Source: Fistulifera solaris
Taxonomy: Eukaryota
NCBI GenBank assembly: GCA_030295235.1
Contig: AP026137.1
Location: 868,001-932,000, forward strand
Direction of reading: 5' to 3'
Length of the DNA: 64,000 nt
A program made the position numbers and the translations under genes. Shown in pieces: positions 23,842-36,171 of this stretch (the stretch's first letter is position 1; each line of letters starts with the position of its first letter). The notes beneath the pieces were generated by a model. The model saw only the letters and a program-made list of their open reading frames with translations. It searched no databases and had not been told where the DNA came from.

Positions 23842-24800
23842 ATGGAAGCATTCGAGTTAATCGTGTGTTTTCTGGATCAGACATTTGTGTTCCTCTACAC
23901 AGGCTTGATCGGCGCAACACTTCTTTCGGTGTTTTCGCCCTTTTTCCGGCAACTCAGTCTGCATGGAAAAACGCGCTCTATCATAATGAATGCAAGTAAG
24001 GATGAAAAGCAATCATGTTCCCAATCAACCGTTACTATTGCCGCTCTAGCAAAGATCCGCTCGTTTGCACACGAGTGGGAACTACCAAAGTCGTACTTTC
24101 TTCATTTTTATATCATTGGGTTGACATCCCTGATGGGGTGCCTCTTTGCTGCAGTTACCGCTCGTCTTCTTCTCGAATTCATTCGCAATCAGCAATCACC
24201 AGTTCATGGATTTTCTCCTCACTTCTGCTGCTCGCAATACATCTTTTACGTCGGTTATACGAATGCATTTACGTACACCAGTGGACCACGAGCAGCAAAA
24301 TGCATATCATGGGATATTGCGCCGGTGTAGCGCATTATATATGGTTGCCCTTGGCGTTTGTGTCCGTGCCTAGTGGAATAAACGATATTATGAACGACAA
24401 CAATACTTTTTCTGTCGACCGCGCGCGCTTATTTCCAATGGTCGTATTTCTGTTGGGACTGTGGGCCCAGTATCAGCAACATCGACATCATCGTTTGTTG
24501 GCCAACTTGCGCATCAATCCACAGACAAGAAGCAGTCACAACAGCTCTAAGTATAAGATCCCTACGGGAGGATGGTTTCGCATGGTTTCGTGTCCGCATT
24601 ATTTGGCCGAAATCATCTTATACGTGTGTTTTACAATTTTGGTTTCGTTCGACCATTCGACGTGGCGCATGGGCCTCGTACTGCTGTTTGTTGTCCTGAA
24701 CTTGTCAGTGACAGCCATCCGAACCCATCGTTGGTATTGCGAAAATTGTCCCGGTTATATACAATTGCAACGATGTGCTCTGATTCCTTTTGTGTTATAA
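23842..24800 (+). CDS. Polyprenol reductase / steroid 5-alpha-reductase family (SRD5A3/DFG10-like); one frameshift
   Basis: HGKT; LPKSYFLHFY; HLLRRLYEC; KYKIPTGGWFRMVSCPHYLAEI; THRWY; ALIPFVL. Confidence 0.88.
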
Positions 24801-24895
24801 GATCCCTGCACGAGAGTTCCGACGATGAAATACAAACGAAAACAATAGAATGTGTAGAATAGTAGCTCTAATTAGTAAGCGTTATGGGAAAGAAT

Positions 24896-27800
24896 TTATA
24901 CACCCTCAATGCGGTCTTCCACTTCCGCATACAGTTCCTGAAGACGTTCAATATTCTCTTCCGAGGTCTCCCAGTAGCCACGGCCGTTGGCTTCCAAAAA
25001 GGTGGTCACCATGTCACGGAAGGCGTTGGGGTTGGTGTCCAAAAGACGTTGTTGCATCTCACGATCTTCAATGAACACAGCATTGGCGTCCTCGAACACA
25101 AAGTTATCGACTTCACCGGCGGTGGCGGACCATCCCATGGTGTTGCGGAGACGCTTTTGGATTTCACGGACGCCCTCATATCCGGTGGAAAGCATACCCT
25201 CGTAGAACTTGGGGTTCAACAACTTGGTACGGGCATCCAATCGGACGGTCTCAGCCAAGGTGCGGACTTGGGCATTGGCAGTAGTGGTGTCGGCCATCAA
25301 AGCCATGGGCTTCTTCTTGTCGTCACGCAATCCCTGAACAACCTTGGTGGGATCCGAATCGTAGTAGTGAGACACATCCGTGATGGAGATTTCGGAAGAG
25401 TCAAGGTTCTGGAATGTGCAGTCGACAGTCTTTAACGCGGTTTTGAACAACTCGGCCTGCTGTTCCATCATGCCGGGCTTGTCGGCATTGAAAGCAAATC
25501 CCTTACGAGTCAAGAATTGTTCTTGAAGTTGATTCTCGCTTTCCCAACCACCGTTCTCAATGGCAAGACCGACGTTGGCACTGTACGATCCAGCCGAGTT
25601 GGAAAAGACACGGCAGGCAGCGTCACGAAGAGAAACACCCAACTCCTTAGCCTGGTCCAAAGCGTGCTTGCGAACAAAGTTCATTTCAAGGGGCTCATCC
25701 GCCTCGGCGGCCATCTTGATACCACGGTCCATCAAGTTCATCTGGTTGATGAACAAGTCGCGGAACACACCGGAGCAAGACACAACGACGTCGATACGAG
25801 GGCGACCGAGCTCTTCCAAAGGAATGAGTTCAACCTTGTTGACGCGTCCAAGGGAATCGGCAACCGGTCGTACACCAACAAGGGCAAGAACTTGAGCCAA
25901 CGACTCTCCGTAAGTCTTGATGTTGTCGGTACCCCAGAGAGTGAAAGCAATACTTTCGGGGTACTTGCCATCGTTGTCTTGCTTGAGGCGCTCGAGCAAC
26001 TTTCGTACCACATCTTCCGAGACATCAACAGCCGCCTTGGTCGGGATCGACGAAGGGTCAAGGGCGTGCATGTTACGACCAGTAGGAAGCACATCAGGGT
26101 TGCGGATGGGGTCACCACCGGGGGCGGGCATCAGGAAGTCACCGTTGAGAAGCTCCATGATACCGCCAAGTTCGTTGTTGGCAACAATCTGCTTCAAGCA
26201 AAACTCCAAATATCCCATGAGGTTTTCCAATCGGCTCTCGTCAATTTGAGGGAAGCCGGCATTGATAATGGCCTGAGTGTAAGGCTTCTTGGCGCCCGTA
26301 AGCTTGCCGAAGAATCCACTAATGTCATCGAACACAGACTTGACTTCCTTGACACGTCCGTTGGAGTCGGTGGATTGCATGACCAAGGCTCGGACAGCGG
26401 CGCGACTGGCATCGACGATCTTGGCGTTCAACTCAACGTCATCCAAGACACCGTTGTTGTTTCCTCGGTAGATATCATTGATGTCACGTCCAATAGACGC
26501 CGCGATGGCGCGAGGCAAACTTTCGATCTTGTCCTCGGGGCGGTCCAACTGAGCAATGTTGACCAAAGTGGCGATGGCTTCTTCTGCCGTAGGAGGAACA
26601 CCAACAGTGTGCAAACCGCACGGAAGGAGACGGCTCTCAATCTGCATGATCTGAGAGTAGACAGCACCGACGAGCTTGTCACGGTTCTCGGGAGTATCCT
26701 TGGCAGAATCGTAAGTCTCGAGATTGGGAAGCTCGACGTCCTTGTCCAAGTTGCATGTGTACGCCGTCGAAAGAATCGAGTTGACAATGGCAGGTCCTCG
26801 GCCTTCGTTCTCACGCAAACCCTGGTACGATGAGATCAACTCCTTCAGCTCCTTGAGTCCCTTGTACAAACCGGCGTTCTCAGCAGGAGGCGTCAAGTAT
26901 GACACAGTGGCAGAGTAGGATCGTCGCTTGGCAATGGTAGCCTCCGAAGGGTTGTTGGCAGCGTAGAGATAGGCCGAAGGCAAAGAACTGATCAAGCGGT
27001 CCGGGTAGCAAGTGCCGGACATACCAACTTGCTTCCCAGGCATGAACTCCAAACTACCGTGGGTACCAAAGTGCAAGACAGCATCGGCCTTGAAGATCTT
27101 TTCCAAATACGTGTAGTAAGCCGCGAAACCGTGGTGCGGACTCGCCGACTTGGCAAAGAGCAAACGCATGGGATCACCTTCGTAACCGAACGTCGGCTGT
27201 ACACCAATAAACACATTACCGAATTGCTTTCCGTAAACAACCAAGTTCTGTCCGTCCGAGTTCAAGTTTCCAGGCGCGGGTCCCCAGTTCTCTTCCAAGT
27301 CTTTGGCGTACGGTGTGAGCTCGTAGTACTCATCCGTGCTCATGCGATACGCCACATTGAGCTCGGGCGACGAGATGCGAGCCTCGGGATCGTTCAAGAC
27401 GGCCTCCATGATTTGTTCCTTGGTATTGGGAGCATCACCAATGTCGTATCCTTGTTTTTTAAGTTCCGCCAGCACCGCCTTGATCGAGTCAAACACATCC
27501 AAGTACGCGGCCGTTCCGACATTGCCCTTATCGGGCGGGAACGAAAAGATGGTCACGGCAATCTTCTTTTCGGCCGCCGGCTTGATGCGCAAATTGGCCC
27601 ACTTGAGTGCACGGTCGGCCAACAAATTGACACGATCCGCGAGAGGAACACTGCGACCCGTCGCACCCTCACGTCCCGCAAAGATGATGGGTTCAATGGC
27701 TCCATCGATTTCGGGCAACGACACCTGGAGTGCCACTTGAATGGGATGCAGTCCCAATTCGGACGATTGCCATTCTTCAAACGACTGGAAGACGAGTGGC

Positions 27801-29362
27801 ACCGCACACATGTACGGACGGTTGAGTCGCTTCAATACCGCGGCCGCCTTTTTGTGATCTTGTGAAGCCGGTCCTCCGACCAACGCAAAGCCCGTCAAGT
27901 TGATGACCGTGTCGACAATGGGCTTGCCACTGGCATCGTAAAAGTATTCTTCGACGGGACCGGAAAAGTCGAGACCGCCCGAGTAAATTGCAACGACCCG
28001 CGATCCGCGGCTTTCCAATTCGGAAATGAGCGACACGTAGTGCGTATCATCCTTGGTGTTGATGTGGGACTTTTGCAAAATGATCCCAATGGTGGGTGCC
28101 GTCTTGGTATCAATGCCGGCATCGGGACAGAATTCGTTGTTGTACCATTCAAAGTATTTCTGATTGTTCTCAAAGACAATGCTGGGAGCGACGGGATGCC
28201 ATATGGCCTTGTCGGGCAGCAATACGGGTTCCGCAGCGACGACTTTTTTCTTTTCCTTCCATACTAGCCTTGATGGGAGCAACATAATCTTGACCGACCA
28301 TGGTAAGGAGCGACTCCAAGTTCTCGGGGGATCCACCGAGCCAATACTGAAAGGACATCATGAAGGTACGGGCATCCGCGGCCTTGTCACTGGGCAAGAA
28401 TTTGAGTACCTTGGGCAGCGTGCGCAACAACTTGAGCATACCTTCTTCAAAGGACGATCCATCTTCTTGTTTCTTTTTCTTCATGAAATCGGAAATGACA
28501 CTCTTGGATTGTCCCAAGTTCTTCATGGTAAACGATCCGACCTTGTTGAGACGCATGACTTCGGGCATGGAGGGGAAGATAAGGACCGCATCGAGCTGAT
28601 CGCGTCGGGGCTGCACGACTTCAACGACTTTTTCGGCGAGTTCTTGCACGAAAATGAGCGATCCAATAAAGATATCGGCTTCATCGACATCTTTTTGAAT
28701 TGCTCAAAGGCATCGTTGTTGCGGAGTTCTTCCAACAGATAACCGACACATTCAACGGCCATGTTATCGGATCCGGCGTTAATGCGTTTGACGGCGGCCG
28801 TCATGGAAGACTGGTATTGACTTTCGAGAACAACGTAAACGACTTTCATGGTGGGTCTTCCACGAGGATCCTCGGGAATAACGCGACGTTTATCGGCGTT
28901 GTTGGCTGTGAAAGCTCCCGCCATGGGACCGGAGGTTGTCGTGGGGTCCGTCACGACCATTTCCAAGGCAGATTTCGATCGAAACGATGCTTTGGAAAGT
29001 CCAGCAAAGGGGGTACTGATACTGCTGGGTTGCCATCTGTAAAAGGTGAAGAGAGAAACAGAAAGATACAAGAGCAAAGAATAGGAGAAATGAGAAAGAG
29101 AAAAAGAAGAGTCACAAAATTGTGCGAGCAGGTCAAGACACAATCGTAGACAAGAAATAACATCAGGGATTCACTGCACTCGTTTGCGTCTTTCAATATT
29201 ACGCAACAACATGATTCCCTCAAGTTCAACAAACGATCTTTCACGTTTCGTCGGGTTGCACATTCTTGGCAATCCTCCGATACGACAAACAAGCGAACAA
29301 ACTTACGCTGTGGTGGCTCCCATGGCCAATAAGGCAATTGCGGCTGTTCGGAAATGAACCAT
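24896..29362 (-). CDS. CHLH: Magnesium chelatase subunit H, plastid-targeted
   Basis: Exon 1 (29307-29362) [19 protein letters not shown]; intron 29037-29306; mature protein begins W. Motifs [53 protein letters not shown]. Two apparent frameshifts near 28690 and 28230. Confidence 0.97.
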
Positions 29363-29951
29363 CGTTTTTCAACAATCCAACACGCTCACTTGGTTTCAAT
29401 TCTAATACGTCTATTGGGTTGTTTGTGTTTTTGTTGGTCGAGTTGAAGGTCCTGTGAAGCAAGCTGTGAAGAACACAACTGCGTTGGTAGAAACGACGAC
29501 GACAAGGAAGACGAAGATAACCTTTGCAAGGTTGTTGAAGTCCGAAGCTCCTCTTTAGGATACAACACTTGTAGAGGGACAGACGATGCAGAGTAGGGTG
29601 ACGTGTTGAAGTGCGCGGATGGGGGGAGTTTTTGTTTTATAGATAAATAGTGTAGTATCGTGTCGCCTGCGAGACGTCAAGTTCTAACAAATTAGTATTG
29701 GTACGACACTTATTTGTTTTCATGAGACACATCGGCATCGGCTCACGTCTTTCTCACGTTTCGCTCATTCCAACTCAGTGCCGACAAAAAACAGCCGTTT
29801 GCGCCGTGAAGAAAAAAGACAAAAGTTGCACCTGCGATCCTGTTCATGCGAGAAACGACGACGACAGCATGTCGTCATCATCATCAACAACAAGATACCT
29901 TTTTCCGAAAGAAAGAGAAGCACTTACTATTATTTAGCCGAGCATTACCGT

Positions 29952-31469
29952 TCACTCGCCGCTCGACGAAAAGAAAGCTGTTTGCAGAAACTCTGATACA
30001 ATCGTAGCATTCGATACGCGCTCTTCCGTCTCTTCTTGAAAGGTGGTTTCAAATTCTTGTAAATCGCGTAAAGTCTCTCCGTCGCGGATTTTCACATTGT
30101 CACAAAGGGCGACCGATCGTAATAAATAATTGCGCAAATCATTCAAACTGTTCAATTCGGGACCATCCGCAGCAAAGTTACGACGGGCGACGACCATCCA
30201 TTGTTCCAATTGCGCCAATGCCGTGGGAATGCGTTCGACATGAGGCGAACGCGCCAAGATGACGGCCAAATCACCAAACAAACGCAGGCCCCGTCGACAC
30301 ACCGCCAGATCGTTTCCTCCGTACAGTCGAATCCCGTCCAATATGGAGAGAAGATACGCAAATGACCGTTGGGGAGCACACAGCCGAACAACGCCGTCGG
30401 CATCAACTGCCCACGGTGTCGCCAGATCTTCGCGCGCGATACTGGCCAAGACACCGGTCAATGTGTCCATGCATTGAATCGCCGTCGTGGGGTCGTTGAT
30501 GCCGGGCGACAACGCTTTCATGGCAATGTCGGCCAGTTGTTGAATTCCGAGGGTCACGTCAAAATCACCTTCTCGTTGTTTCGTAATACAAACACCTTGG
30601 ATAGCGAACAGTCCCAGTGTCTGTTCTATCATGCGATCTTTGGTGTCATGATGACTCGATGGATGGTTCGACAAAGTGGAAAGAATGCGGCGTTCCAAGG
30701 TAGTGCCGTTCGTTTCTTTCCTACTTTTGCATCCCACACGTAACAGAGCGTCGTCCCGCGGTTCACATATTCTCCAATTTGGTACATGTACCGGACACAC
30801 ACATCCATCGCCTCGGCTTGCTGCAAAATGCATTCGAATCGAAATACTTTCACGTAACCAGACGTATCGCTCGTCACAACATAGGCATTCGGTGGAACAT
30901 CGGGTAATTGTGTCACGGTGGCATCCATGTAACGGAGACGACCAAGACGATCCGCGGCACTCAACGCCGAGTTTGACGCGCGCTCCATGATGGATTCGAG
31001 GCGAAAGCCCACCATGAAAAAAGTGAATAAAGTTAATAAACGATCCCAAGACACCCACCATTTGTACTGTAATCCCATAAATCGCCACGAATGGAATATT
31101 CTCATTGTCATATAAATAAAAGAAGAGAGTGTAACAGTACGAAAGTGCCCCAACATTTACCGAGATGACCATTTTCGAGACCGGATCTTTGATGAATACA
31201 TCGAGCAAACGAGCGGAATACAATTGCGTGGCGAGTTGAACACTCAATACCGTCAGAGAGAAAGTTAACGTCATGATGGGAACGGCGGCACTCGTCAATA
31301 AACTAATCATTTGCAAGGCTTGTTCGAGTAGTTCTTCGTTACTGTTTTTGGTGATTTGTGCGAGCGACACCGCGAGAAGCGCGTTGAACAACCCCCAGCA
31401 CAGCGGGCCTGCTACAAACGATTCGCTGTTCCATGGTGTATAATCTCGAATCCAAATAGCGTTCCACAT
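29952..31469 (-). CDS. DUF2254 family predicted membrane protein; internal frameshifts
   Basis: TFSLTVLSVQLATQLYSARLL..F; QLADIAMKALSPGINDPTTAIQCMD. Confidence 0.85.
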   Translation of the reverse strand: MWNAIWIRDYTPWNSESFVAGPLCWGLFNALLAVSLAQITKNSNEELLEQALQMISLLTSAAVPIMTLTFSLTVLSVQLATQLYSARLLDVFIKDPVSKMVISVNVGALSYCYTLFFYLYDNENIPFVAIYGITVQMVGVLGSFINFIHFFHGGLSPRIHHGARVKLGVECRGSSWSSPLHGCHRDTITRCSTECLCCDERYVWLRESISIRMHFAASRGDGCVCPVHVPNWRICEPRDDALLRVGCKSRKETNGTTLERRILSTLSNHPSSHHDTKDRMIEQTLGLFAIQGVCITKQREGDFDVTLGIQQLADIAMKALSPGINDPTTAIQCMDTLTGVLASIAREDLATPWAVDADGVVRLCAPQRSFAYLLSILDGIRLYGGNDLAVCRRGLRLFGDLAVILARSPHVERIPTALAQLEQWMVVARRNFAADGPELNSLNDLRNYLLRSVALCDNVKIRDGETLRDLQEFETTFQEETEERVSNATIVSEFLQTAFFSSSGE

Positions 31470-31777
31470 GGAGGTTTGTTTATCATCAATAAAGAAAATG
31501 AGCTTGTCGTCGGCAGGGAAGAAATAATGAGAAAATCTTCTTCGGAAATCGGAAGGAGATGACGTTTTACTAATGTTTATGAAAACTTCCAGATTTTCTG
31601 GCAATGAGCAACTCCATACGCACAACAATTTTACTGGACAATAGTGGAGGGTCATGAATTCATATTCAGTTAGCGACAGTCTGCCAACTAGGTTATAAAT
31701 TAAGTGCGTAAAATTATACGGTGTAGCAAACAAGATGATGATAACAGAAGGGAAGTTACCTGGTAATAGTCTATTGT

Positions 31778-34700
31778 CTAATGCCTTCGGCTCCATCTTT
31801 TTCGACCACGTGCGTCTCGACTCATATTATTCAGTGCCATCACTAGACAGTAGACGCCCAATGTAAAGCTCCCTACAGCAACAGTGCCCCAAAAATACTT
31901 GTGACCAACAGTACCAAGAGTACGGTTTGTCGAAGTGATTTCTTTGCCGAGTCCTCCTCGTCTTTCTTCGACGAAGCGTCGCCATCATCCGTTTGTGCAT
32001 CTTTACCTAATATCTCGTCGGCTTCTGTTTCAGTCAAACCACTGGCACTTCTGGAGTGTCGACCTTCCTCAGTTGGTTCGAACTCAAGACTCATCATTTG
32101 TCTGGTGTCTTCCGAGAATCCACGAAGTAGTTGACCACGTGTTACAGCTGTGTCCTCTCGCTTTTTTACTTTTTGAAAGTCGATCGCTTTATGTTGGTCT
32201 GTAGGCTCACCCATGGATGACGCATCAACTGTCAAATCGTCATTCTTGCTCGGTCCGCCGGCTATCATTACCTTCTCCAGAAAATCCTCCACGTCCTGAC
32301 AAGTAAGATCCGGACGGCCGATCATCTGTAGAGGGGCAGTGTCGAAACGGGACGTGTCTTTATCACGCTCCTTTTCGTGCATGTGAAACGGCGTCGCCGT
32401 AGCTCCAGGGCTGAACAGAATCTCTACACGAAAGCGTTTAGGATCATCCATAGGGCGACGCGCATCTTCAAATACTCTCATAATGATTTGAGTAAGGTAG
32501 CACAGTTCCGGTGTACTGTTGATGATTGAAATTCCCTCTTTGGAAAGCACAGATTTTTGATCTTCCGAGCTACAGAAGCGGAGGACACTCAACACGGTGT
32601 GCAAGTGCGACTCTGAGGTAAAATACAATCGAGTGCGCACGCGCCGGCCAAGCGAATTGATGTTGAGGTCACTTTGGTAAGCTAAGTTGATCAGATACCG
32701 CATATCTACTTCATTGTCCTTTCGAGCAATATTGAGGTCATACTTGATCTTCTCCAAAAGCCCATGGCATATCTTAACACCAACGCTGCGTTTCTCCGGA
32801 ATTGTCGTTCCATATTCCTGGGGGACTACGCAGTCGGCCATAGGCTTGGCTAGATCATACAATCGATGTAAAGTATCAGACAGACCCAAGTGCGGATTGT
32901 GCAGGATATCAAAGCGAACATTATCGTGAATATCTGGGATGCGGGAGAGATCAAACTTGTCTTTTTCAGCATCATAGAGGCGCTCGTATATGAACCTCCA
33001 CCGCTCAATCAGTTCAAGTAGCGTCTCGCCTTTGTATAGTTTCACGCCACTCAAAGCAACATCGTCGTCTGTTCTACCTTTCAAGCCTTCGCCTCCTTCG
33101 ATGCGTCTTTCGTCGCCACTCCCCATCTCATCTAACATCTCTCCAAGTTGCGTCAATAGCTCGCACATCGTCTTGTGTATCATAAACAAGTTATTGCGGG
33201 GATTGCCAATGGAGATCAATGCACTGCGCAAGGATGTAAGTTGGGACGGGCCGGCGATGCTGTCCAGTTCTTCGTCACTGATCTTATCGAGATCGATGTC
33301 GCGCTGCAGATTTGTACATATCTTTTCTTTGAATGCACCGATTTCATTCTTTACCTCTTCGTTACCAGACGGGTCGAGCATATGCATGCTGCCTTTCTCT
33401 TTGTGGACGAGAGACACTAAAATCGGTGGCAAGTCACCCTCAAGCTCCAACAATCCTTTTGCAAAAGCAGCAGCTGTTTTCATGACGCGACCTTCATCAC
33501 TAGTTTTGATCTTGAGATCGTGACGGAAAGTAGAATGCAGTCGTAAAATACCTCCACCGGGGGCGTCTGGGTACATCTCTTGACGCAGCCTTTGTCCTAG
33601 ACGAACCGATTGCTTTTCTCCGAGCTTGGTCAGATCTGTGCGAATCAATTAGCAAAACATGCAAGAAAGGATGTAAACACGGAATCATCGATGTTTTCAC
33701 TTACTGCCGCCCCACTTCAAGATTAATTGAACTTCTATGCATTTCTGTTTCGTTTCTCCGCTATCGTCTGTAACAAAGTCGAACTTACGAGGCTTGATTT
33801 GCAATTTACGGTTCACTGAAATCCAAGGAGGATGAGTCTCCAATCGAAGTTATGTTTGAAAGTGGTGCAGGGGCGAAACCGTACTTACATCCTACAATTT
33901 TCCATCGTTCCAAGATGTCGCGCATATGCATTAGTTGATATCGGAGACTCTCCGTCTGACTGCTTCGTTCCAACTCGGCTAGAGTTGTTTTCACAGTCTC
34001 GAGGAACTCAGTCAATGGTGCTTTGGCTTTTACTTTCAAATCTTTGGTGCAATTTTTAACACTAAAAATGGCAAGGTAAGCATAAGAACAGGTAGCAATG
34101 CGAAAGGCGCACCCGCACGTTTACTCACTGACGGTGAAAATATTCCAGAATGTGGGGTTCACTCATGTCCACCTTAAGCTTTTGCTTTGGCGTTCGATCT
34201 CCATGGCGAATGATGGCAACGACACAGCGTAGTTCCTCCTGATGCGGTTCTTGTAGCGAAATGGAAAGCCTGCGTTTCTTGTCGACCTGCTCTTCGGACT
34301 CGGAACTATTCACAGATGACGGCGCCATTGAGGCTGGCACTGACGTTAAATTTCCCGGAAAATCTCGCACTGGTAAAGCCCCTTCATCAAGAGTTGTTGC
34401 CGCAGTCATAGACATCTCGCCCGCATCGGAACGATTAGGCGATGCATTCGGTTCGCCCTTCATACTTTGAGAGTCTACGTCGTCGGAATCATCTTTTGCC
34501 GGTTCGCCCTGCAGCATCCAAGCCGCTCTGGTAAAAAACGTTCCTTGTTTCTTTGACGACGTGTCATCTGTTATATCATCATCGCGGTGATTTGTTGTTT
34601 TGACCAATGGGTCAAGAGTCGAGATCGTCCGCAATGCGGAGGGTCTCAGTAGAGCGAGAATATGTTCGGACAAAATTTGTGCACAGTCGTCGTAGTATTT

Positions 34701-35955
34701 CCTGAAAAGAATTTCGTGTAAGCAATGCGCTCATTGTCACCCTCATTCCTGATCGTGCCATATAACTACTTACCTACTATTCTTCACAAACGAAAAGCCG
34801 TTCACGTCGCACACGTACGAGACTACCGTGTGCCCTTCCTGGACTCTCAAAATGTCGAAACCACAGACGAACTGCTTGAATACCAGCACAATACGACGAG
34901 CAATTTCTTTTTCTCGGTAGGTCAAAATCACGGGAAATCGCACCTCCTTCCCGTCCGAATTTCGCTCCACTTTCCCATCAACCGTCGGAGACTTTCTGGC
35001 TTCGGCATGTCCGTATTCGGGGCCAACGGTATACATTTTGACATCCGTGCCTTGTGTTTCGACAAACTCTTCGTAAATATAACTCCCATCTCTCCGCACT
35101 TCGTTAATATCAGGGTAAAACTCGGACGACCGGTTGCCGATTTTTCGAAAAAGCTTTTTGCACCCCCCTCCTGCACTCGTGGGATAGTAAATACAAATCT
35201 TGTGATCTTCGAAAATATGAAAGTATTGCGTGTCAGTGACAGTAGTAAGACTTGATGAAACCGACCATAAAATACCACGCACCTTCGGCATTCACTGGCT
35301 TTTCGACAAATGGCTTGTGTATCGTGATCCCATTGACTTCAATATGGTCATCAAATTCTTGCACCTCTTGATTTCGATTGCCATTCCCATCACCCGTTCC
35401 CGTAGATACATACCCATCTCGACTCAAATATGCATGCCTCGGGACATCGATCCCTGACGCTTCCAGTAAATCGTAAACTCTGCGGCGATCTTGCAGTAAT
35501 TCTTGCATTTCGAGATCATTCAAAATGAGCGGTTTCCTCAACGCCACATATTCTTTCGCTTTCGGCAGTGGGTAGTTTTTGCTAAAAAATGCAATCAGAA
35601 CATCGCAAATGGGCCATTCCTCTACCGGCTTATTGAGAATGACGTCGTCACCGAAAAAGACCACACGAAAATGATCTTCATCGAGTCGACTAAGAATCTC
35701 GGCCATGGGCTTCGAACGGGCTTTCTTATCCATGGCACAAATCCCTAGACGGATACAACCATTGTCGTTTTCTTCTTTGGAGTCTTCTTCGCTTACTGGC
35801 ATTGAATCTTGTGCAGCAGCTATAATTCGTGATGGTGATACTGTTTGCGTCGTGGGGAGAATCTCGGTACCGTCGGTCTCAGGTGCTGGATACGTTTCGA
35901 CGCTTTCCGGCAAAGGATCTCCCGTGGATACAGTCGTGTCTTTCTGATCTGTCAT
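31778..35955 (-). CDS. VIP1: Inositol hexakisphosphate / diphosphoinositol-pentakisphosphate kinase (ATP-grasp plus histidine acid phosphatase-like domain), multi-exon
   Basis: [67 protein letters not shown]. Confidence 0.95.
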
Positions 35956-36171
35956 TCTCGCTCGATTGTGTTATTACTTGCTTGGATATTGTGCTGCAAG
36001 TTTAGAGTGTGTCAAGTCGCCATCAAAGCAATCGCATCAATGGGGGGATGAAAAAGCGTGCGCTGCAATTGCGGCGGCACTTTGATGTATTGAAAGTGGT
36101 GTGACATTTTGTTGTTGCGGCGTACCAGTAACCTTATACCGAAAAAATGGATGACGTTTGTCGGTCGTCTG

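Noticed and set aside
25517..27865. Long plus-strand ORFs (438 aa and 278 aa) opposite CHLH
   Set aside because: Antisense shadows of a codon-biased gene, with no recognisable motifs.
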